Positions 36,304 through 43,218 of a DNA stretch of 64,000 nucleotides are shown piece by piece. Below the pieces are notes generated by a model. That model did not search any database, was not told where the DNA came from, and saw only the letters and a program-made list of their open reading frames with translations. This DNA is from an uncultured Polyangiaceae bacterium (lineage in GTDB: Bacteria > Myxococcota_A > Polyangia > Polyangiales > Polyangiaceae). The stretch is from contig CAZKDY010000023.1 in the NCBI GenBank assembly GCA_964551615.1, positions 20,294 through 84,293 of the forward strand, written 5' to 3'. Position 1 is the first letter of the stretch; each line of letters begins with the position of its first letter. A program made the translations under genes and the position numbers.

Positions 36304-37370
36304 GCAACCCCTACACCCCGCCTGCGGAGTTCCCGCCTCCGCCGGAAGGTTACACGCCTCCGCGCCTCGAAGCCCGCGCCGGCGACCAAGACGACCAGCA
36401 CCCTGACTCTGACGGCGGCCCAGCGCCGTTCGCGCCCAACCCAGTCGTCAACCTGGTGCTGTTTCTGGCCACCGTCGCCAGCGTGTTTTTCGTGGGGGGT
36501 GGGTACGTCGCTGGACACTACGGGGTCGAGTCCAGCCTCGCGGCGATAGGCGCGGCCTGGATCTACGCGGTGCCGCTGCTGGCCATCTTGCTCGCCCATG
36601 AGTTCGGCCACTATATTGCCGCAAGGATACATCGCGTACCAGCCTCACTGCCGTACTTCTTACCGCTGCCGATCCTGAACCCGTTCGGGACGCTGGGCGC
36701 GGTGATCATCATGCCCGAGCGTATTCGCTCTCGAAACGCGCTGATGGATATCGGCGCCGCCGGACCGCTGGCTGGCATGGTGGTGGCGATCCCGCTGATG
36801 ATCCTGGGGATTCGCATGTCTTCGCTGGTGCCGGCGATGGACAAGGGCATCGTCATCTATGAAGGCGACAGCCTGCTGTACTGGCTGCTCAAACGGCTGA
36901 CCTTAGGTGAGCTGCCTCCCGGATACGACATTCAGACCCACCCCCTGGCCATCGCCGCCTGGGTGGGCTTCTTCGTGACCTTCTTGAACCTGTTTCCGTT
37001 CAGTCAACTGGACGGCGGTCACATCGCGTACGCCTTGTTTGGTGAACGCCAGAACCGCTTCGCCCGCTGGGTGCGCTACGCCCCGCTGCCGCTAGCGCTG
37101 TATAACTTCGGCGCGTACGGGGTGCCGGCGATCCGGCGCTACCTCGACAACGGCGAGGACACGCTACACCTATTACCGCTAGGAACCGCGGTGAACTGGC
37201 TGATGCTGTTTGGCTTGCTGTGGCTGATGACGCGCCGAGTGGGCTCAGACCATCCTCCGGTAGACGATCGCGGCCTCTCGCCGGGGCGCAAGATCGTGGG
37301 CTTGATCAGCCTGGTGGTGTTCGTGCTGGTGTTCACGCCGACGCCGTGGCTCCAGCACGTCTTTGATTGA
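36300..37370 (+). CDS. Site-2 protease family (peptidase M50) intramembrane metalloprotease
   Basis: ATGA overlap with the upstream gene. 'LLAHEFGHYIAAR' (HExxH within a TM segment), 'FPFSQLDGGHI', and multiple TM segments. Confidence 0.85.
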   Translation: MSNPYTPPAEFPPPPEGYTPPRLEARAGDQDDQHPDSDGGPAPFAPNPVVNLVLFLATVASVFFVGGGYVAGHYGVESSLAAIGAAWIYAVPLLAILLAHEFGHYIAARIHRVPASLPYFLPLPILNPFGTLGAVIIMPERIRSRNALMDIGAAGPLAGMVVAIPLMILGIRMSSLVPAMDKGIVIYEGDSLLYWLLKRLTLGELPPGYDIQTHPLAIAAWVGFFVTFLNLFPFSQLDGGHIAYALFGERQNRFARWVRYAPLPLALYNFGAYGVPAIRRYLDNGEDTLHLLPLGTAVNWLMLFGLLWLMTRRVGSDHPPVDDRGLSPGRKIVGLISLVVFVLVFTPTPWLQHVFD

Positions 37371-37409
37371 TCGCCCGCTACGCGCCGCACAGGCGCGCAA
37401 CCAGCGGGG

Positions 37410-38846
37410 CTAAGCTCGACGCCGGCGACGACGCACCAAGCCGGCGCCCATCAGACCGACGCCGAGCACGAAGTAGGTGCCGCTTTGGCCGGCCGGCGAG
37501 CGAGCCAGCGAGCAACCGCTGTCGCTGTGCACATAGGTCGGCGGCATGCCGGCGCCGCCGGTCGCGTCGCCGCCCGTCGCGCTGCCACCCGTTGCGTAAC
37601 CACCAGCGCCTCCCACTGGCCACCCTCCACCCCCTGATCCGCCGTTCGACCAGCCCGCGCCGCCGCTGCTGTCACCCGCCGCGCCGCCGCCGCTGGCGCC
37701 GCCTGCGCCGCCGGGCTCTTGGATGGTCCAACACAGGTAGTTGTCGTCCCAGGTGTGAGGATCTTGAGGTTCATGAAAGCGCACGCAGTCGCCGGCCGGC
37801 TTGCCCGCTGCGCTCCAAGTGAAGACGTAGGGTGAGTCGGGCGGCACGCACAGGTAGTTGTCGCTCCAAGCGTTGGGGTCCGCGGGCTCCGTTACCGCGA
37901 TGCAACGCATACCCGCGATTGGGCCGGCGTTGGACCACTGCAGGCCCACGTCTTGTTCGGCGCACAGGTAGTTGTCGCTCCAGCTATCCGGGTCGCTCGG
38001 CTCGCTGATCTGAGTGCAGGTCAGGCCCCCGAGGGCACCGGCGCAGTCCCAGAAGAACGGCGCGGTCCCGCCCGCGCATTCGACCGGCGGCTCTGGCTCT
38101 TTGCAGCCACCCTTGGCGAACCCATTGGCCGGGCTCTTGGCCAGGCGAGCCTCGGTTTGCGGCCCGTAGTCAGCGTCTTCGTCGATCAAGTCGCCGGGGT
38201 TGTTGATGTTCCACAAGCGTTGAAACGCCAACACCGCGTCAGGGCGACCGTCTCCACCCGGGCAGTCGAAATGCACTGGATCTTTACTGCCGAGCCAGGT
38301 GCAACCCGCCGCCTGCAGCGCGCTGCGCGCGGCGCTGTAGTTGTTCACGTCCACGGCGCGGCCCGACTGGTGGTTGCTGGCTCCTGGCTTCGCGGCCAAC
38401 CCGCAGCCACCGGAGTAGTACAGCACGTACTGGTCTGCCAGCGTACGGAACGCGCTGTTGATGGTCAGCGGGGTCTTGGCGGCAGCGGCCCACAGCGCGT
38501 CTCGCGCGCTAGCTTGCAGGTACGGGCGCACGCCTGAGCTGCTGAGCGAGATGCCGGCGTGGGGCGCGAAGGTCACGAACGCATCCGGGCGGAGACACAT
38601 CTGGGCCTCGGCGAGTTGATCCGAGATCCCCCCCAAGCCCGACGTGCTGCACTGCCCCCGAGCCGCTAGGTCAGCGACGGTCTGAGCTTGGACTTCAGCG
38701 CTGGCCAGGCCGACCGCGCTGAGCACCCCAAGCGCTGACAGCACACGCAATGTAACGTTACCGCGCGGCAACAAGCACGGCGTCTCGGGGGGCGTGGCTC
38801 GTGCCTGCCTGGATTGATCGGGGTAGGTCATGGGGGGTCGGTTCAT
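37410..38846 (-). CDS. Peptidase M15 (VanY / D-Ala-D-Ala carboxypeptidase fold) with Cys-repeat module and MYXO-CTERM-like tail
   Basis: M15 zinc motifs 'NSAFRTLADQ', 'ASNHQSGRAVDV', 'KDPVHFD'. Three 'EP.DP..W(S/D)DNYLC' repeats at 37731-38018. A Gly-rich linker, then tail 'SGCSLARSPAGQSGTYFVLGVGLMGAGLVRRRRRRA' at 37413-37526. Start is uncertain: ATG 38846, ATG 38831, TTG 38750, or the track start at 39002. Confidence 0.8.
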   Translation of the reverse strand: MNRPPMTYPDQSRQARATPPETPCLLPRGNVTLRVLSALGVLSAVGLASAEVQAQTVADLAARGQCSTSGLGGISDQLAEAQMCLRPDAFVTFAPHAGISLSSSGVRPYLQASARDALWAAAAKTPLTINSAFRTLADQYVLYYSGGCGLAAKPGASNHQSGRAVDVNNYSAARSALQAAGCTWLGSKDPVHFDCPGGDGRPDAVLAFQRLWNINNPGDLIDEDADYGPQTEARLAKSPANGFAKGGCKEPEPPVECAGGTAPFFWDCAGALGGLTCTQISEPSDPDSWSDNYLCAEQDVGLQWSNAGPIAGMRCIAVTEPADPNAWSDNYLCVPPDSPYVFTWSAAGKPAGDCVRFHEPQDPHTWDDNYLCWTIQEPGGAGGASGGGAAGDSSGGAGWSNGGSGGGGWPVGGAGGYATGGSATGGDATGGAGMPPTYVHSDSGCSLARSPAGQSGTYFVLGVGLMGAGLVRRRRRRA

Positions 38847-39028
38847 TGGGTAGTCCGCGGGCCTCGGCCGTTCGTCCTGCACGTAGGATGCCAGGTCCAG
38901 GGGGGTTTTGGGACCGCAATTATCCGGCTGAGCGCAGGTAAAGCCCCGGCGACGACGCGCCACGGCTGCTTTAGGCCGCACAAGTTGTGCAGAGTTGTGC
39001 AAGGCGCGGTGCAGTCCTCAGCCAACTG

Positions 39029-39514
39029 CTAGGCGAACTTGCCCCGCATGGCTTCACACACTTCAGGCGGGGCATAGCGCGAGACATCGCCGCCGTGGCT
39101 CGCGATCTCCCGGACCAGGGACGCGGAGATGAAGCCGTAGTTCGCGCGGGTGGGTAAGAACACCGTGTCGATCTCAGGCCGCAGATCAGCGTTCGCGTGG
39201 GCGATCTGCAGCTCGTACTCGAAGTCCGTTGCCGCACGGAGACCTCGAACGATCACCCGCGCGCCCACCGCCTTGCCATAGTCGACCAGTAAGCCCTCGA
39301 ACGAGCGCACGCGCACGTTCTGGTAGGGTCGACACACGACTTCAAGCAACGCGATGCGCTCAGCGACGCTGAACAGCGCCTGCCGCGTCGGGTGGATGCC
39401 GAGGGCGACGATCACCTCTGGAAAGAGCAGTGACGCGCGCTCGACTAGATCCAGGTGACCGTTGGTCGGCGGATCGAAGCTGCCGGCGTAGACCGCGAGC
39501 TGGGACGGGCTCAT
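39029..39514 (-). CDS. coaD: Pantetheine-phosphate adenylyltransferase
   Basis: 'AVYAGSFDPPTNGHLDLVERA' and 'VRGLRAATDFEYE'; 161 aa. Confidence 0.9.
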   Translation of the reverse strand: MSPSQLAVYAGSFDPPTNGHLDLVERASLLFPEVIVALGIHPTRQALFSVAERIALLEVVCRPYQNVRVRSFEGLLVDYGKAVGARVIVRGLRAATDFEYELQIAHANADLRPEIDTVFLPTRANYGFISASLVREIASHGGDVSRYAPPEVCEAMRGKFA

Positions 39515-39572
39515 TGCCCCAACCTTAACATCCGAGCTTGAGCTTGTTCACCCACTGGTTACGCGCGGCGCG

Positions 39573-41018
39573 CTACGGCGCCGGCGGCTTACCAAGGGGT
39601 TTAGCAGGCGGCTTGCTAGCAGGCGGTTTGCTAGCAGGCGGTTTGCCTGTGGGGGGCTTGTCACTCGGACCCTCGGCCGGCGCGTCAGCTCCGGGCGGAC
39701 CAACCGGGACCTTGGAAGGATCGAGCAACTCACCGGCCTCGCCCTCCATGCTGCTCTCCGGCTCAGCCGGCGACTCCAGCGGAGCGGGGTGATCCTCCAA
39801 CCACAGCGCCCGGCCGGCGTCGAACAGCGTCACCCGGAAGGCGGCAAACAGCGGCGCGCCGATGGTGCCGTCGATGTCGATCTCAAGGTCTTGGGGTGCG
39901 TCTTCGAGGTGCACGACCTCGACCTTCGGCAGTTCGAACGCGCCGATCTGCATGAACGGCACCACGCCGCGCTTGAGCTGCGGCGCGCCCGGCACCGGGG
40001 TGAGGCTGCTCAGCGCCACGCCCGCCTTCTTCCAGCCGGCGGCGGCGAAGGCGAAAGGGAAGTTCATAGACGTGTCGATGAACAGCGCAGCCTGAGGCGA
40101 GTCCGCAGCTGAACCCAACGGGCTGCGCAGGACCATCCCGCCGCCACGCACGTAACTGAGGCGCACCGTGGTCGCTGCCGGAGGCGGCGGCGGCTCAAAG
40201 CTACGCACCACGAACTGGCCGCCTTGGAAGTCGAACGTGGGGTGGATGTGCCGCAGCAAGTTCACCCCAAGCAGCACCTTGATGGGCGCGTTGAGCTGCC
40301 GAGACAGGCCAGACAGATCTTTGGTGATGGCAGGCACATCCTTCACCTCTAAGTGCGAAGCGTCGGGCTGGCGAGAGTCACCGAAGCGCAAAGAGATCCA
40401 AGCCGGATCGCCGGCGCCATCGATCACGGTCTCGGCGTAGCCGGTGTGGACCAGGCCGAGCGCCTCTTCGCCGTTTACTTCCAACGGGATCACCAAGCTC
40501 ATGTTGGTCGCGCTGATGCGGGGCATTTCTCCGTAGCCCAGCATGTCGCCAGCCAACTTGAACGGCGTGCGTCCGCCGCCCCGCCGCGCGAGCTTTGCGA
40601 CGTTCTCCGCCCACTCGTCGCGGACCTCAGGATCTGACAGCAACGCCTCGAGCTCGTCGGCGGCCAAGTCGATGCGGCCCGAGTACCACAAGGCGCGGCC
40701 ACGCACGGCGCGGGCGTCTTGAGAGTCGATGCCCTCTAGCAATTTGACCGCGTGGTCGTAGTCGAGCTTCGCCAGCGCCACTCGGGCGCCCAGCAGCTTG
40801 ACCTCCGCCTTGTTCGGGGTGATGCGCAGCGCGTTGTCGATGGACGTCTCGGCGTCGGCGACGTCTGCCGCGCGGTAACTAACGAGCGCCCTGTCGTACC
40901 ACTTCTTGCTGAGCGGAGGCCAGTCGGCGCCAGGTCCTTCGCCGCTGCCCAGGGGGGTACACGCGACGCTCGGCCACAGCACCACCCCCAACGCCAGCGC
41001 GCGGCCCAGGCGACGCAT
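39573..41018 (-). CDS. Lipoprotein with TPR-like N-domain, two retropepsin-like halves (tentative) and (KPPAS)n tail
   Basis: I chose ATG 41018 ('MRRLGRALALGVVLWPSVAC', lipobox). TPR-like 'YDRALVSYRAADVADAETSIDNALRI'. 'VIPLEVNGEEALGLVHTGYAETVIDG' and 'ALFIDTSMNFPF...IDGTIGAPLFAAFRVTLF' resemble clan AA Asp-protease halves. The tail is 'KPPTGKPPASKPPASKPPAKPLGKPP'. Confidence 0.6.
   Translation of the reverse strand: MRRLGRALALGVVLWPSVACTPLGSGEGPGADWPPLSKKWYDRALVSYRAADVADAETSIDNALRITPNKAEVKLLGARVALAKLDYDHAVKLLEGIDSQDARAVRGRALWYSGRIDLAADELEALLSDPEVRDEWAENVAKLARRGGGRTPFKLAGDMLGYGEMPRISATNMSLVIPLEVNGEEALGLVHTGYAETVIDGAGDPAWISLRFGDSRQPDASHLEVKDVPAITKDLSGLSRQLNAPIKVLLGVNLLRHIHPTFDFQGGQFVVRSFEPPPPPAATTVRLSYVRGGGMVLRSPLGSAADSPQAALFIDTSMNFPFAFAAAGWKKAGVALSSLTPVPGAPQLKRGVVPFMQIGAFELPKVEVVHLEDAPQDLEIDIDGTIGAPLFAAFRVTLFDAGRALWLEDHPAPLESPAEPESSMEGEAGELLDPSKVPVGPPGADAPAEGPSDKPPTGKPPASKPPASKPPAKPLGKPPAP
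39601..39645. repeat. 15-nt tandem repeat x3 coding (KPPAS)n
   Basis: 'ttagcaggcggcttg', 'ctagcaggcggtttg', 'ctagcaggcggtttg' are adjacent and in frame at the 3' end of the 39573-41018 gene. Confidence 0.85.
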
Positions 41019-41103
41019 GGCGCCAGGCGTTCCGTCAGCCAGGCTGCGTGGTGGGGTTACGGGCGGCGCTTGAGTGATTGACTTAGCTTGCAAGGGATCC
41101 TCC

Positions 41104-41122
41104 GAACCAGCCACCTGTTCAG
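41104..41122. repeat. Copy 1 of shared intergenic motif G(A/G)ACCAGCCACCTGTTCAG
   Basis: 'gaaccagccacctgttcag' at 41104-41122 matches 18 of 19 nt with 48641-48659. It sits in the loop and 5' arm of a possible hairpin (ACCAGCC...GGCTGGT). Confidence 0.5.
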
Positions 41123-41770
41123 GTACGAGGCTGGTGGCGCGGTGCGCGCGACTGTCGTGCCGCGAGGCGCGACCAACACTGCCGGGCGCGGCCAGCGCCA
41201 GGAGGCGCCTCGCATAGCGTGCTTAGTCCCAGCGGTCGAGTGAGCGTCAGGGCAAGCGCAGCTGCGCGTCACGCAAGCGCCCCACCCTCCACCCCCAAAA
41301 TCTTGGTTCGCGCCGAGCGCTGCTCGCCCACTTGGCCTGTTTTTGCGCGGCGTTGCGGGTTTGGTGGGTAAGCCGTCAAAGCCTGCTCGGGCACCCACGA
41401 GCCACCCGGCGCCGGTCTCCGCGAGCCGCCCTGGCCCTGGCTTGCCGGCGCCTCAACCAGGCGCTGCGCAGCCGAGCACGGGTCCCGTCCGAACCGCCAA
41501 CGCCGCGTGCTAAACTCCCGCGACGTGAGTACGCACCGGGGGAAGGCCGCCGCTCTAGCCGAGCCACCAAGCCCAGCGCGGGGTTCTAGGCCCTCGCGGA
41601 ACGGTAGCGCGCGCTCCAGCAGCACACGTTCTGCCAACCCACGCTCGAACGCCGCGGAGCGGGCGGGCGGCGCGGTCAGCCAGCTACACGGGATCGATAC
41701 GGAAACGCCCACGGAATCAATTCGACTCGACGCCCAGCCGCTGGAGCACACACCGCGCGGCAACCCAAAC

Positions 41771-42337
41771 GTGCTGGCCTTGCCGGTGCTGGTGCTCAAC
41801 CGCTATTTCGCGCCGGTCTGCCTGACCACGGTGCGCCGCGGGATCGTGCTGATCTACAGCGGCGCCGCTCACGGCCTGGATGACAGCGGGGAGCTGCTTG
41901 GCTTCATGGATTGGCAGCGGCTTGAGCTGCGCCCGACCGACGACGTGATCCCGACCCTGAGCGGCGGCCTGCGAGCGCCGAGGGTCCTGCACCTCAGCCG
42001 CTACGAGCGCAGCCCAAGCCTTGATGTGCGCCTGACCCGCCGCAACCTGCTGCTGCGCGATGGGCAGTGCTGTCAGTACTGCGGCGCGCGGCCGGCGCTG
42101 CGTGATCTGAACGTGGACCACGTGTTGCCTCGCAGCCGTGGCGGCCCAGACAGCTGGGAAAACTTGGTGATTTCGTGCCGGCGCTGCAACCTCGTAAAAG
42201 GCCAGCGCACGCCTCAAGAGGCCGGCATGCAGCTGCGCGCGCTGCCTCGCAGGCCGCGCTGGTCAAAGACCAAACACATCTTGTTGAGCGCCGCCCAGCC
42301 CTACTCCGAGTGGGCGCCATTCCTTCAAGCCGGATAG
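41771..42337 (+). CDS. HNH endonuclease family protein
   Basis: 'CQYCGARPALRDLNVDHVLPRSRGGPDSWENLVISCRRCNLVKG' (HNH with CxxC pairs). I chose GTG 41771 ('VLALPVLVLNRYF'), giving 188 aa. The track start at 41507 would add a low-complexity extension. Confidence 0.75.
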   Translation: MLALPVLVLNRYFAPVCLTTVRRGIVLIYSGAAHGLDDSGELLGFMDWQRLELRPTDDVIPTLSGGLRAPRVLHLSRYERSPSLDVRLTRRNLLLRDGQCCQYCGARPALRDLNVDHVLPRSRGGPDSWENLVISCRRCNLVKGQRTPQEAGMQLRALPRRPRWSKTKHILLSAAQPYSEWAPFLQAG

Positions 42338-42362
42338 CAGCCGCCGGTGATATAACCTGCGC

Positions 42363-42974
42363 ATGCACAGCTGCGCGCTAACCAACTTGGTCACTGGCGG
42401 TCTCCTCGGGTTGCTTACAGCCTTCGCGGGCTGCACCACGCTGCGCAGCACCGCGCCGGTCGAGTCCTCTGAAGAGCAGGTCGCGCGCCCAGAGCCCGGC
42501 ACCTCGGGCACCGACGCGCCCAGCGCAGCCAAGCCGCCCGGCGAAGCAAATGCTCCCAGCGAGGCAGCTGAGAGCCCAGCGCCCAGCGCCGCGAGCGCTG
42601 ACGCCAAGAGCCGCACCTTCTGCCCCCTAGACACTACCGACGGCTCGAAAGCCGCCGAGACCGCGGGCGTGGCGGGTCAACCCCGCACCTCAGACAGCAT
42701 GGCGAAGATCGTCGCCGCCCACCGCGGCTGCGTCCGCCGCTGCTACGAAGCCGTCGAAAAAGACATCCCGGGCCTCAAAGGCGATCTGACCATCACCCTC
42801 AAAATCACGCCCAAAGGCGCGGTGACCGAGGCGACCTTGAACCGCGAACGCAGCAGCTTGTTCGCGCCCAAGATGGTGGAGTGCGCCGTCGGGATCCTGA
42901 AGCAGCTGGAGTTTGGCGCCCACCCCAAGGGCTTCGAGAGCACGCTCAACTACCCCTTCAACTTCCAGCCCTGA
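42363..42974 (+). CDS. Lipoprotein with AgmX/PglI-type (TonB-C-like) C-terminal domain
   Basis: Lipobox 'LLTAFAGC'. Pro/Ala/Ser linker. C-domain 'CYEAVEKDIPGLKGDLTITLKITPKGAVTEATL...MVECAVGILKQLEFGAHPKGFESTLNYPFNFQP'. Confidence 0.65.
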   Translation: MHSCALTNLVTGGLLGLLTAFAGCTTLRSTAPVESSEEQVARPEPGTSGTDAPSAAKPPGEANAPSEAAESPAPSAASADAKSRTFCPLDTTDGSKAAETAGVAGQPRTSDSMAKIVAAHRGCVRRCYEAVEKDIPGLKGDLTITLKITPKGAVTEATLNRERSSLFAPKMVECAVGILKQLEFGAHPKGFESTLNYPFNFQP

Positions 42975-43218
42975 TCACGCCAGCCCGCATCAGCGCCGAG
43001 CTGCCCAACGTCCGGCTGACCAGCCAGCTCGCCGCACAGCTCCCCAAGCAGGGGGTGGAGGGACAGGCACCAACAGGCGGCGCGGCGTCGCGTCGACATC
43101 CCGGCCTGAACCTGCTAAGAGTGCGCTGCTTCTACGTCCCTGCGATTGAGCGGCGCGCGCCTCCCGCATGGGTAATGCGCCGGCATGGGTACTGCATTAG
43201 CGCGCTGCACCTCTGCTC

